64,000 bases of DNA. It comes from Clostridia bacterium. GTDB taxonomy: Bacteria; Bacillota; Clostridia; Christensenellales; UBA1242. The notes beneath the pieces were generated by a model. The model made no database searches. It saw nothing but the letters and a program-made list of their open reading frames with translations, and had not been told where the DNA came from. Below, piece after piece: positions 1-9,850 of the stretch (the stretch's first letter is position 1; each line of letters begins with the position of its first letter). The position numbers were made by a program, and so were the translations under genes. Location of the stretch: contig JAFXKG010000010.1 in the NCBI GenBank assembly GCA_017531805.1, positions 14,227-78,226 of the forward strand. Direction: 5' to 3'.

Positions 1-1310
1 TCTTTTAAAGTGATTGGAGCCTTGTCAGAAATGGTAGACAACAATAAATTAGTTAAATTTGAAGTGTCTGTCAAACTGTTTGCTAGTTCAATCAAATTTG
101 TGTTACCTGTTGATAGTAACACACTTTTTACTTGTGGCACTTGTTTTAAAGAACAAGCAAGAGAATAACAATCTCTTGGATGTACACTGCCATAAGAAAC
201 TTTACCAACAATCCTTTCAATATCTTGAATTGGATCTAAAGATGACCTTAGCATTTCACGTAGCATTGCATTGTTTACTAAAGTTTCTACCATATTTAAA
301 CGCCTGTCTATTTGTTGTTTGCTTTGTAGCGGTTGCCTTATCCAGTTTCGCAATAATCTTGCACCGCCAGAAGTTTGTGTTTGATCCAACACCCAAAGCA
401 AACTGCCGCGTTTTGTGCCATCACGCATTGTTTGCTCTATTTCTAGATTTCTGCGTGTATTTGCGTCAACATACATAAATTGATTATCAATCAACATTTT
501 TGGCATTTTTAGATGCGTTAAATCTCTTTTTTGAGTTTCGTTAAAATACTCTAACAATGCGCCTACTGCAATTATGCAGTCAGATTTGTCAAAGTCGTAA
601 CCCTTTAAACCTTTTAAGTTATATTGATGCAAAATATTTTTTTCTGCATTAGATAACGAAAAAGCCCAATCATAAAACCTATCAAATCTATAGGCAGTAT
701 TGCCTTGACAACATGATAGAGACTTTGAAAATAGATATGCATCTTCGTTACAAATGATTTCTGCAGGATTTACTCTAATGATTTGGTCACTAATGTAAGT
801 ATCTAAATTTTCTCCAGTGTATGACGATACATTAAACTCACCAGTAGAAATATCACTATAAGCATAAGATATTGTGTTTTTAGTTTTATATATACACATT
901 ATATATGAATTACAATTATCTTTTAGCATTGAAGTGTCAATGACAGTACCTGGCGTAATAATACGCACAACTTCTCGTTGCATAACTTTGTTGACCATTT
1001 TGTCGGTTTGCTCACAAATTGCAACCTTATAGCCTTTTTCAAGCAACTTTTGAGCATAACCTTCGTATGCGTGATGCGGTACGCCACACATTGGTATTCT
1101 TTGACCTTCAATACCACAATCTTTGCCTGTAAGTGTAATATCAAGTTCTCTAGAGCAAATTTCGGCGTCTTCTTCAAACATTTCATAAAAATCGCCCAAA
1201 CGATAAAATAAAATACAGTCCTTATATTGCTCTTTTGTGGCATGATATTGTTGCACCATTGGCGAAAGTTCGTTTTTAGGTTTCTTTTTCTTTGGTTCTT
1301 GGTTATTCAT
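1..1310 (-). CDS. mutS: DNA mismatch repair protein MutS, N-terminal ~436 codons (3' end beyond window start)
   Basis: Not in the ORF track because it is open at the window edge. My minus-strand translation from ATG 1310 is uninterrupted to base 1: MNNQEPKKKKPKNELSPMVQQYHATKEQYKDCILFYRLGDFYEMFEEDA...MCGVPHHAYEGYAQKLLEKGYKVAICEQ. The ATG overlaps the miaB stop (ATGAATAA). miaB-mutS synteny. Confidence 0.9.
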   Translation of the reverse strand, partial: MNNQEPKKKKPKNELSPMVQQYHATKEQYKDCILFYRLGDFYEMFEEDAEICSRELDITLTGKDCGIEGQRIPMCGVPHHAYEGYAQKLLEKGYKVAICEQTDKMVNKVMQREVVRIITPGTVIDTSMLKDNCNSYIMCIYKTKNTISYAYSDISTGEFNVSSYTGENLDTYISDQIIRVNPAEIICNEDAYLFSKSLSCCQGNTAYRFDRFYDWAFSLSNAEKNILHQYNLKGLKGYDFDKSDCIIAVGALLEYFNETQKRDLTHLKMPKMLIDNQFMYVDANTRRNLEIEQTMRDGTKRGSLLWVLDQTQTSGGARLLRNWIRQPLQSKQQIDRRLNMVETLVNNAMLREMLRSSLDPIQDIERIVGKVSYGSVHPRDCYSLACSLKQVPQVKSVLLSTGNTNLIELANSLTDTSNLTNLLLSTISDKAPITLK

Positions 1311-2631
1311 CAATTACTCCTGATAATTTATGGTTGCGTATATCTTCCACCTTAACTTTTGTAAAATAGTTTTCGTTATTATATTTGTAGTTAGGTATAT
1401 ATATTTCTCTACCACCATCGGTAACACCTACTGCCACACCATTTATGTGTTTGATTAGGCAATCAAATCTTTTTTTGATGAACTTTTTAAGTTGTTCTTT
1501 TTGGATAATTTTTTGAAGTCTTAACAACTTGTTTACGCGTATATTTTTGATGTCTTCATCCACTTGATCTTCAAATGTTGCAGCTGGCGTGCCTGTGCGT
1601 TTTGAGTACATAAACGCAAATACTTGATCATATTTAACCTTTTTTATCAATTTCATTGTTTGGTTAAAGTCTTTTTCTGTCTCACCTGGGAAACCAACGA
1701 TAATGTCAGTCGATAAAGCAATATTAGGTACCGCGCGTTTGATTTTTTTGATAATAGACATATAGTGTTTTATATCGTAATGTCTGTTCATCCTTTGCAA
1801 TATGCGTGAAGAACCTGATTGCACTGGCAAATGTAATGCTTTTGCAACTTTATGTTCTTCCTTCATAACCTTGATTAAATCGTCGCCAAAATCCATTGGG
1901 TGTGAAGTCATAAATTTGATTTTAAAGTCGCCTTCAATTTTGCAAAGATTTTTTAACAACTCGCTAAAAGAAGTTTTTTCTTTAAGATCCTTGCCATAAG
2001 AGTTTACATTTTGTCCAAGCAATGTGATGTACTTGTAACCATGATTTTGAACAAGGTCTTTAACTTCTTTATATATTTCTTCTGGAGTTCTGCTCATTTC
2101 CCTGCCACGAACATAAGGTACTATACAATATGTACAAAATTTGTTGCATCCGTAAATAATATTAACATATGCATTTGTTTTGTCGTCACGTATACAATAA
2201 TCTGGGTCCATTGTCGCGATAGGTTTTTCTATGATATCATACACTCTTTCTTTAGTTTTTGATAATTCAATCAAATATTGCGCAAGTGCATTAATATTAT
2301 GAGTTCCGATGATGATATCAACAAAAGGCAAGCGTTTTTTCAAATCATATTTGCCATTTTTTTGTTGAGGCATACATCCGCACACAACAATGACTTTTGA
2401 TGGATTTTTTTCTTTGACTTTTTTTAAAGCCATGACATTGTTATATGCTCTATCTTCTGCGCCTTCTCTAATACAACAAGTGTTAAAAACAACAACATCT
2501 GCTGTTTCAGGATTATCTATTTCTTCCATACCAAGAGAGTGCAAAATACCACGAATCTTTTCTGATTCGTGTACATTCATTTGACAACCATATGTAACTA
2601 CATGGTACTTTTTACCTACATAACTATTCAT
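1303..2631 (-). CDS. miaB: tRNA-2-methylthio-N6-dimethylallyladenosine synthase (radical SAM methylthiotransferase)
   Basis: N-terminal YHVVTYGCQMNVHESE; radical SAM box GCNKFCTYCIVP; TRAM-like C-terminus; sits upstream of mutS. Confidence 0.85.
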   Translation of the reverse strand: MNSYVGKKYHVVTYGCQMNVHESEKIRGILHSLGMEEIDNPETADVVVFNTCCIREGAEDRAYNNVMALKKVKEKNPSKVIVVCGCMPQQKNGKYDLKKRLPFVDIIIGTHNINALAQYLIELSKTKERVYDIIEKPIATMDPDYCIRDDKTNAYVNIIYGCNKFCTYCIVPYVRGREMSRTPEEIYKEVKDLVQNHGYKYITLLGQNVNSYGKDLKEKTSFSELLKNLCKIEGDFKIKFMTSHPMDFGDDLIKVMKEEHKVAKALHLPVQSGSSRILQRMNRHYDIKHYMSIIKKIKRAVPNIALSTDIIVGFPGETEKDFNQTMKLIKKVKYDQVFAFMYSKRTGTPAATFEDQVDEDIKNIRVNKLLRLQKIIQKEQLKKFIKKRFDCLIKHINGVAVGVTDGGREIYIPNYKYNNENYFTKVKVEDIRNHKLSGVIDE

Positions 2632-2705
2632 AATAGTTATATTATAATATAAAAACCAACATATTTCAACTAAAAATTGAATTTTTACTGATTAAATTAA
2701 CATTT

Positions 2706-4985
2706 TTGACAAATAATAAAATAATGTCTGCAAAGCATAATAAAGCAAAAAAAATATTTTTAGTTATAAGTATGTTTGTTTGCATATTGTTTGTTTCTTT
2801 TGCTGTTTTTGTGACAGTTGTATATAACAAATATGACTTAGATATAGAAAAACTTACAAGCACTAATAACGGTATTATGGTGTACTCTGCCTCTGGCATT
2901 GATAATACGCTTTACAACACTAATCGATCTATAGTAGAAATCGAAACACTGCCTAATTATGTAACTCAGGCTTTTGTGGATATAGAAGATAAGCGATTTT
3001 ACGATCATAATGGCTATGATATCAAAAGGATTGCAAAGGCATCTTTAGTAAACCTGACTACAAAATCAAAGTCTCAAGGAGCGTCTACCATAAGTCAGCA
3101 ACTTATCAAAAATGCTTTGCTAAACAATAAAAAAACATATACAAGAAAGATTAAAGAAGTTGTCCTTGCAATAAAGTTAGAAAAAAAATTTAGCAAACAA
3201 GAAATTTTAGAAATGTACTTAAATACAATCTATTTTGGTTCTAATGCTTATGGTATAGAAAATGCTAGTCAAACATATTTTAACAAAAGTGCTAAAGATT
3301 TAACATTAAATGAAGCTTGTTGTTTGGCAGGTATTATTAAATCTCCTGCAAAGTTTTCACCTAAATTAAATTATCAAAACTCCATAAACAGAAAAAATTT
3401 AGTTGCAGCAAGCATGCTAGAAGCAAAAAGCATCACACAACAACAATATAATGAAATTTTAAGTTCCCCTATAATTTTAAACTCAAACAACAATGTTGAC
3501 CATAGTTATGAAGAAGAAGCGATTTACGAAGCGTGCAAATTGTTAAATTTGACTGAAAGAGAATTGATAAATAAAAACTACTCTATTGTTACACACAAAG
3601 ATGATGATTTACAAATGGAAGTTATAAAAGCAAATAATGAGGTATTAGAATCTAATAAAAATAACACAAACAGCAATTTAGATAGTCTTTCTGTAGTGGT
3701 TGATAACAACGGTTGCGTCAAAGCATATTATGCTAACAGTAACTATAATTTACACAATTTAACAAGGCAAACAGCATCAACTTTAAAACCATTTGCAGTG
3801 TATTTGCCATGTTTGTCACACAACATATTGACACCTGCAACAACTATTTTAGATGAAGAAATAAACTATAATGGCTTTGAACCTAACAATGCGGATAACA
3901 AATATCATGGATATGTTTCTACAAGGCAAGCAATATCAGAGTCGCTCAATATACCAGCGGTTAAAGCACTTGACTATGTTGGTTTGCAAAAAGCCTACAA
4001 AGTGTTGCAAGATTTTGATATAAATATAGCAAATGCTGATTTAAACTTATCACTAGCTTTGGGAGCAACAAAAAATGGCGTTAAGGTTATGGAAATGTTA
4101 CAAGCATACTCTACTTTGGCAAATATGGGTGTTTATAAACCTATAAGTTTTATAGATAAAATTTTGGATAGCAATGGCAAAATAGTTTATAAACACGAAG
4201 ATTATATAGAAACAGTTTTTGATAGTAAAGATTGTTATCTTATGACAGATATGTTAAAAGATACTGCAAAAACTGGTACAGCAAAGAGATTTAATGATTT
4301 AAACTTGCCTATTGCAAGCAAAACTGGTACCGCCACCAACAATAATGGACAAAACACAGATTTATATAATATTGCCTACTCTAGTCAGCACACGCTTTTG
4401 ACATGGATTGCTGATATTAAGACTAATCACTTACCAAGCAGTTTACATAGTTCGGTACAGCCAACAATAATAAATAAAGATATACTCTCTTATCTTTATA
4501 AAAATGTAACATTACCTGATTTTGACATACCAACAGGTATACAAAAAATGCCTTATGATATCTTAGAATTGGAAAACAATCATAGGATTGTATCTCCTAC
4601 CACAAATATACAAAGATATATCGCATATGATTATTTTAAAACAGATTATCCACCAGAAGTAATTATTCCTTATGATATAACAAATTTAAAAGTGACTATA
4701 GATAAGTTTGGCGCAAATATATGTTTTGATGCGCAAAAAAATATAAACTACAAGTTATGTAAGATAACTAATGGTACAAAAAAGATTTTGTTAGATATCA
4801 AAGAAAAACAAGAGACATTATCATTAATTGATAACGATATTTTCGGCTTTGAAAATATTGAATATTATATTGAAGATATAGATGGTAATATTATTTCAAA
4901 TTGCGTAAATATACGACCTAAAGACTATTTAGTTGATTTGTTAAATAATCAAATACTAAAAGGGAAGAAAAAATGGTATGTTTAA
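2706..4985 (+). CDS. Class A penicillin-binding protein (glycosyltransferase + transpeptidase), with a long C-terminal extension
   Basis: GT51 motifs EDKRFYDHNGYD and GASTISQQLIKN. Transpeptidase motifs STLKP (SxxK), SESLN (SxN) and KTGT. N-terminal TM segment. The track start is TTG 2706; an ATG at 2724 (MSAKHNK) is an alternative start. Confidence 0.9.
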   Translation: MTNNKIMSAKHNKAKKIFLVISMFVCILFVSFAVFVTVVYNKYDLDIEKLTSTNNGIMVYSASGIDNTLYNTNRSIVEIETLPNYVTQAFVDIEDKRFYDHNGYDIKRIAKASLVNLTTKSKSQGASTISQQLIKNALLNNKKTYTRKIKEVVLAIKLEKKFSKQEILEMYLNTIYFGSNAYGIENASQTYFNKSAKDLTLNEACCLAGIIKSPAKFSPKLNYQNSINRKNLVAASMLEAKSITQQQYNEILSSPIILNSNNNVDHSYEEEAIYEACKLLNLTERELINKNYSIVTHKDDDLQMEVIKANNEVLESNKNNTNSNLDSLSVVVDNNGCVKAYYANSNYNLHNLTRQTASTLKPFAVYLPCLSHNILTPATTILDEEINYNGFEPNNADNKYHGYVSTRQAISESLNIPAVKALDYVGLQKAYKVLQDFDINIANADLNLSLALGATKNGVKVMEMLQAYSTLANMGVYKPISFIDKILDSNGKIVYKHEDYIETVFDSKDCYLMTDMLKDTAKTGTAKRFNDLNLPIASKTGTATNNNGQNTDLYNIAYSSQHTLLTWIADIKTNHLPSSLHSSVQPTIINKDILSYLYKNVTLPDFDIPTGIQKMPYDILELENNHRIVSPTTNIQRYIAYDYFKTDYPPEVIIPYDITNLKVTIDKFGANICFDAQKNINYKLCKITNGTKKILLDIKEKQETLSLIDNDIFGFENIEYYIEDIDGNIISNCVNIRPKDYLVDLLNNQILKGKKKWYV

Positions 4986-5650
4986 TTATCAATAAGTTTA
5001 ATTACTTTATCTCTATAAGATTTACTTTGTTTAGATTGTATTGTAAAGATTGAAAGACTGCAATCAATATCCAGATCTAAGCTATCAAGCAGATAATAGC
5101 TATTGCAAATAATATTAGTATTAGGACAGAGTTCTTTGAATATATTTTCCACCAGTTCATAATGAGTACACCCTAATACTAATTTTTTTAATTTTGAAAG
5201 ATTGTCTTTGTTTATCATTGCTTGTATGTCTTTTTTCATCTTTTTGGTATTAAATAAATGCTTTTCTATCCTTTTTGCAAGTGTATTGTCTGCAATCACA
5301 TTTTTAGTATTTAATAGCTTTTTAGTTGCAGGAGTAGCTAGATAAGTACCGTTGCTGTCAAACTTCATTTTAACAATATAAGGGTCTTTATTGTCTTTTA
5401 ACACGCAAGACGCCGTGTTGCATGCAACTATAACTATATCTGCTTTATATTCTTGCCTTAACATAGTTATAATGTCATTAAGGCGTTTTTTTAAAAACTC
5501 AAAAGATTTATTACCATAAGGCATATACAAGTTGTCAGAAAAATATATGTAATTGCCTGCATTGTATTTTTTTATCAAAGCTTTTAATATACTTACACCA
5601 CCGATACCGCTGTCTATTATCGCAATGGTTGGATTATGTAATTTTTGCAT
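4982..5650 (-). CDS. murI: Glutamate racemase (short form, 222 aa)
   Basis: IAIIDSGIGGVS; YFSDNLYMPYGNKS; both catalytic Cys motifs (VACNTASC and LGCTHYE). Confidence 0.8.
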   Translation of the reverse strand: MQKLHNPTIAIIDSGIGGVSILKALIKKYNAGNYIYFSDNLYMPYGNKSFEFLKKRLNDIITMLRQEYKADIVIVACNTASCVLKDNKDPYIVKMKFDSNGTYLATPATKKLLNTKNVIADNTLAKRIEKHLFNTKKMKKDIQAMINKDNLSKLKKLVLGCTHYELVENIFKELCPNTNIICNSYYLLDSLDLDIDCSLSIFTIQSKQSKSYRDKVIKLIDN

Positions 5651-5728
5651 ATATTTTATTTATGATATTCTTGTAAATTTGTTTATCAACAAAATATGCA
5701 AAGTTTGTAAAAAAAATGCCAAAACTAC

Positions 5729-5757
5729 TTGCATTTTGGTTTTTTCTTTGCTATACT
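5729..5757 (+). promoter_or_regulatory. Sigma-A type promoter of rpsT
   Basis: TTGCAT (5729-5734), 17-nt spacer, TGcTATACT (-10 at 5752-5757), about 24 nt upstream of the rpsT ATG. Confidence 0.6.
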
Positions 5758-5780
5758 TAAATACGTATTGGAGGTTTTGT

Positions 5781-6038
5781 ATGGCTAATATTAAATCAGC
5801 TAAGAAACGTATTGATGTTATTGACAGACAAACTATGGAAAATAAATCTTACAAAACAAAAATTGCAACTTTTGTTAAGAAATATAAAACAGCTGTTGAT
5901 AATGGTGAAAAGGAAAGCGCAACAAAATTGCTTTCTGAAACATTTTCTTTGATTGATTCTGCTGTTTCTAAGGGCATTATGCAAAAAGCAACTGCAAACA
6001 GAAAAAAAGCAAGATTAAGTCTTTATGGCAATAAATAA
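5781..6038 (+). CDS. rpsT: 30S ribosomal protein S20
   Basis: MANIKSAKKRIDVIDRQTMENKSYKTKI...KATANRKKARLS. GGAGG RBS at 5771-5775. The track ORF (5553..) is an upstream extension with no support. Confidence 0.95.
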   Translation: MANIKSAKKRIDVIDRQTMENKSYKTKIATFVKKYKTAVDNGEKESATKLLSETFSLIDSAVSKGIMQKATANRKKARLSLYGNK

Positions 6039-6043
6039 TAATT

Positions 6044-6076
6044 AAAAAAGGCGGAGTTTATACTCTGCTTTTTTTA
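6044..6076. terminator. Bidirectional intrinsic terminator (rpsT / ygjP-like convergent pair)
   Basis: A-run, GCGGAGT-ttat-ACTCTGC hairpin (6051-6068), T-run. Confidence 0.7.
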
Positions 6077-6733
6077 TATCATATCTATGATTTGCCTATT
6101 TGTTTTTAGCCATCTTTCTATTGTTTTATATTCTGGATATATTGATTTGACCAATTTCCAAAAATTTGTACTATGATTTTTTACTTTGGTGTGGCAAAGT
6201 TCGTGTATCACAATATATTCAACAACTGGAATAGGACAAAGAGCCAATCTGTAAGTAAAATTAAGACGGTTTTGACCACTGCAAGATCCCCAACAAGTTT
6301 TTGCACTTGTAATAGAAATACTCTTATATTCAAATTTGAACATTTGTGAATATTTGTTTGCCAAATCTGTGCAAACCTTTTTTAAATTGTTTTTTAAAAA
6401 TCTTGTTACACTTACCTTGACATTTGTGTTAGGTATATAAATATAATCATCTTTTATTGCTACCCTTCCATTAGGTTTTGTTCTTACAATATATTTTTTG
6501 CCAAAGTATATAAATGTTGAGTTGTCTGTTAAATCAAGCGGTTTTATTGCGTTTTGTTTTATCTCTTGTTGTTTTTTTTCAATCCAATCTGACTTTTGTT
6601 TGATAAAAGCGAATATTTCTCGGTCAGGGCATTTTAAAGGTGCTCGGACAATTAGTTGCCCTTGCCTATCTATAATTAACGCAATAGAGCGCCTTTTAAC
6701 TCTTTTAATAACTGCAGGGATATAATTAGCCAT
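6074..6733 (-). CDS. YgjP/DUF45-type zinc metallohydrolase (M48-like)
   Basis: C-terminal HELCHTKVKNHSTNFW (HExxH + NHSxxFW signature of the DUF45/YgjP family). Confidence 0.75.
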   Translation of the reverse strand: MANYIPAVIKRVKRRSIALIIDRQGQLIVRAPLKCPDREIFAFIKQKSDWIEKKQQEIKQNAIKPLDLTDNSTFIYFGKKYIVRTKPNGRVAIKDDYIYIPNTNVKVSVTRFLKNNLKKVCTDLANKYSQMFKFEYKSISITSAKTCWGSCSGQNRLNFTYRLALCPIPVVEYIVIHELCHTKVKNHSTNFWKLVKSIYPEYKTIERWLKTNRQIIDMI

Positions 6734-7647
6734 TAAAACACCAACTCATATAATGCATTGCTTGCAGTAATATTGCCAGATTTAATTTTGTAGTCCAATT
6801 CTACATATTTTTGATATAAAGATAGGTAATATTTAATTCCATTTTTTGCTATGGCTTGACGCGACATCTTTATTGCATATGGTTTAAGATTAAGTATAGT
6901 AGACAGTTCTAAATCATCTTTACTTAAAGCAATATACTGCATGCGTCTAAAATATTTGCCCATATATGCAAATATTTCGTTCATAGATTGAGATTTTGAC
7001 ATTTCGTGTAACACTTTTTGATATTTAGTATAATCTTTGCTATCAATAGCATTTGTAAGCATAAAAATAACATACTCAGTAGTGTCAGCAATCAAATTTG
7101 TTGCAGTTGTTATGTCAACTACTTTAGTGTCATGTGCGTAAGCTGATAGTTTTGCAAGTTCGTTTACAATTTTTGCCATATTCATATCGCAGGCATCAAT
7201 AATATAATCTAATGCTTGTTCCTGAACTGAAACACCATTTTTTGCAAAGTAATTTAAAATATACTTGGTTATGTCTTCTCTATCAAGTTTAGAGCAATCA
7301 ATAACTTCTCCTACAGTAAGTTTATCTGCATTTAAGCACAAAACTATCAACTGATTATCAGAAAAATCAAAAGTGTTCAATATTTTTACAATGTCTTGGT
7401 TAGGTTTTTCTAAAACTACAAGTCTATAATCGTTGCCAATTGGCAAAGTCATCAAATGGGACACAACTTCATCAGGTTTAAGTTTTTCTGCATCAAGTTT
7501 TATGTAATTAAACTCCTCCAAATCTTTGATTACGGCAGATTTTAGATTTAAAACTGCCTGACGCAAAAGAAAAAGATCATCACCTTTAGCGTTGTAAACA
7601 TTTTCTATTTTAGATTTTAAACTTTTACTAAACTCGACAAACTTCAT
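6733..7647 (-). CDS. holA: DNA polymerase III delta subunit
   Basis: Size and N-terminal pattern (VYNAKGDDLFLLRQAV...TLPIGNDYRLVVLEKP) resemble HolA/YqeN. Canonical comEC-holA-rpsT neighbourhood. Confidence 0.7.
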   Translation of the reverse strand: MKFVEFSKSLKSKIENVYNAKGDDLFLLRQAVLNLKSAVIKDLEEFNYIKLDAEKLKPDEVVSHLMTLPIGNDYRLVVLEKPNQDIVKILNTFDFSDNQLIVLCLNADKLTVGEVIDCSKLDREDITKYILNYFAKNGVSVQEQALDYIIDACDMNMAKIVNELAKLSAYAHDTKVVDITTATNLIADTTEYVIFMLTNAIDSKDYTKYQKVLHEMSKSQSMNEIFAYMGKYFRRMQYIALSKDDLELSTILNLKPYAIKMSRQAIAKNGIKYYLSLYQKYVELDYKIKSGNITASNALYELVF

Positions 7648-7654
7648 GACTGTA

Positions 7655-9163
7655 TTATAGCAAAAATCCTATCAAAATTGCAAGTGTTGGCAGAGATATT
7701 ATTATTTTATTACGGTGTCTTGCTGTACAAATTCTGCTCATTATCAAAATCAAAGCAAAATATATTGGTATAACAATAAAATGCATACTTGTAGTAGACA
7801 AGTTCGCAAACTTTAAATTGCCTAACACTGTAGCACAAAGATTGATAAAATCAAATATGTAGTCTACTGGTGGCAAAATTTTGGTTACAAATGGTAAAAA
7901 TAGCGAAACGATTGACACTACAAACACAATTGTAAAACCAAAAGTGAATATTGGTATCAACAAGATATTTGCTATAAGTGAAATTATATTTAAAGTTTTA
8001 AAATAATATGCCATGATAAACATCAAAGACACCATTGTGGCACAACTGATTGCAAAACTATCAGCAATCAATTTGGGCATATGTATTTTTTGCAAGGCAA
8101 TACTTATTGGTTTGTAAAGTAAAGTTATGCCCAGCACACAAGAAAAACTCATCAAAAAACCAATATCAAAAATTACAAGTGAATTTACCACAAATAATAT
8201 CATACCTGCCAACGATATTGCAGACAAACTATCGTATTCTTTACGCAATGTTGAAGATAATAACAAAACGATAGACATAATGGAGGCTCTTATTATAGAT
8301 GTAGCAAATCCGCAAAGGTATGTATAAAATATTAAAAACAACGAAACAATGGCAATTTTAACCCATGGATTTACCCTTTTTAATACCCAACATAAAATTG
8401 CAACAATTATGCCTACATGTAAACCAGAAACCGCTAATAAATGTGCTACACCTGATAATTTGTAAGCGCTATATTGTTCTGTTGACAATAATTCTTTATC
8501 GCCAAACAATGCAGAATATGCTATCTCTACATTTTCGTTTGTTAATTCACCATTTAAGTTTTGTTTTATTTGCGATTTAATTTTTTCTGCAAAGGTATTG
8601 TCAGTTTTTAGATATGTAACATTTTGCATATTTACAACCGCAGTATATCTTAGATTGTTTGCATATGCATTTGCATCAGGCGTATCATGATAAAACAAAT
8701 CAGTTTTGTTAAATCTTTCTGGCTTAAATTTTATAACGCTACCAATATGAATATTTTCAAACAAACCATCATTATCGTATAAATAAACCGTTATGTTGCC
8801 ATCTATGGTTTTATCATCAAATGTACAATTGTCAGCTCGTAATACAACTCTTTGATTTTCTGCCTTTGATACGGAATACACTCTAGCCTGGATTGTTGTA
8901 GGGACAAATTCTACTTTTTTGTTAAAACTATACACTGCTAAACTATAACCTGATATTGCAATTATAAAAGTTGCAAGCGGTATAATAAAATATTTAATTT
9001 TGCGTTTTAATATTGCAACTGTAATTACAATACCAAATGTTAAAGCCGCCGTTATACTAGCAACTATTGTATATTGCGTTGAATAATATGCAAAAAGAGT
9101 TCCCATCATTAAAAATAGGAAAATCAAAAATAAAGGTCTAAAATTAAACCATCTTCCCTTCAT
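7655..9163 (-). CDS. comEC: ComEC/Rec2 family competence channel protein, short form without the metallo-beta-lactamase domain
   Basis: Polytopic membrane protein; Competence-domain motif LSGVAHLLAVSGLHVGI. 502 aa, ending without any HxHxDH motif. Confidence 0.85.
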   Translation of the reverse strand: MKGRWFNFRPLFLIFLFLMMGTLFAYYSTQYTIVASITAALTFGIVITVAILKRKIKYFIIPLATFIIAISGYSLAVYSFNKKVEFVPTTIQARVYSVSKAENQRVVLRADNCTFDDKTIDGNITVYLYDNDGLFENIHIGSVIKFKPERFNKTDLFYHDTPDANAYANNLRYTAVVNMQNVTYLKTDNTFAEKIKSQIKQNLNGELTNENVEIAYSALFGDKELLSTEQYSAYKLSGVAHLLAVSGLHVGIIVAILCWVLKRVNPWVKIAIVSLFLIFYTYLCGFATSIIRASIMSIVLLLSSTLRKEYDSLSAISLAGMILFVVNSLVIFDIGFLMSFSCVLGITLLYKPISIALQKIHMPKLIADSFAISCATMVSLMFIMAYYFKTLNIISLIANILLIPIFTFGFTIVFVVSIVSLFLPFVTKILPPVDYIFDFINLCATVLGNLKFANLSTTSMHFIVIPIYFALILIMSRICTARHRNKIIISLPTLAILIGFLL

Positions 9164-9207
9164 GTAAAAGATTATAGCATAAAATTTATAATTTTTTAAG
9201 CAAATAC

Positions 9208-9236
9208 TTGAAAAACTAAATTATTTATGATAATAT
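9208..9236 (+). promoter_or_regulatory. Sigma-A type promoter of tRNA-Glu
   Basis: TTGAAA (9208-9213), 17 nt, TGaTAATAT (-10 at 9231-9236); tRNA 5' end at 9254. Confidence 0.55.
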
Positions 9237-9253
9237 AATCAAGCATTTAGCAT

Positions 9254-9328
9254 GCCCTTATAGTCTAGAGGTTAGGACACGACCCTCTCACGGTTGAGAC
9301 CGGGGTTCGATTCCCCGTAGGGGTACCA
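9254..9328 (+). tRNA. tRNA-Glu (anticodon CUC), CCA encoded
   Basis: Hand-folded cloverleaf. Acceptor GCCCTTA/TAGGGGT (G1-U72, as in other Firmicute tRNA-Glu). D stem GTC/GAC. Anticodon stem CGACC/GGTTG with loop CTCTCAC. T arm CGGGG-TTCGATT-CCCCG. A73 followed by CCA. Confidence 0.9.
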
Positions 9329-9338
9329 AAAATAAATT

Positions 9339-9360
9339 TTCCGCATAGGCGGAATTTTTT
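9339..9360 (+). terminator. Intrinsic terminator after tRNA-Glu
   Basis: TTCCGC-atag-GCGGAA followed by TTTTTT. Confidence 0.7.
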
Positions 9361-9390
9361 AACCATTTTCATTTATAAAAGGCGAAAACT

Positions 9391-9834
9391 ATGAAACATG
9401 AAGCAACTATTAACAAAATTACACAATATGAAATAGCAATGATTGATAATAATATATCAACTGTTGATTTTTCAAAATATATGTCAAAAATTCAAACCTT
9501 GCGTGAACAATTATATTATTCACTTATCTCCAAAGCAGAAAAAAATGCTACATTTAGGGATGTGCTAATAGAAGATGCTTTGCGCTTTATTTTGTTGGAA
9601 GAAAAAATCTTGTGCAAGGATATTTCTAATGTGCAATTTTATACTTTTTTGAAAAAAATTGAAGAGACATACCAAAACTTGCAAGAATTGGATCAAAATA
9701 ATATCCTTCTAAACGCAATTACAACTCGCCTGAACAATGTAATATCATTTTTGCGCAATACAAACAATGAAAGAATTGCTGATATTTATTCTCTTTTAAA
9801 CCAAATTAGAGAATTAAAAGAACAAGAAATTTAA
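9391..9834 (+). CDS. Hypothetical protein (147 aa, predicted helical, no recognisable motif)
   Basis: Clean ORF between two terminators. No family recognised by eye. Confidence 0.5.
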   Translation: MKHEATINKITQYEIAMIDNNISTVDFSKYMSKIQTLREQLYYSLISKAEKNATFRDVLIEDALRFILLEEKILCKDISNVQFYTFLKKIEETYQNLQELDQNNILLNAITTRLNNVISFLRNTNNERIADIYSLLNQIRELKEQEI

Positions 9835-9850
9835 TTTTAAATATAAAAAT

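Noticed and set aside
59-1243. Track ORFs 59-478(+), 923-1243(-) and 978-1211(+).
   Set aside because: They lie inside the mutS reading frame or antisense to it. They have no RBS and no recognisable motifs, so they are spurious.
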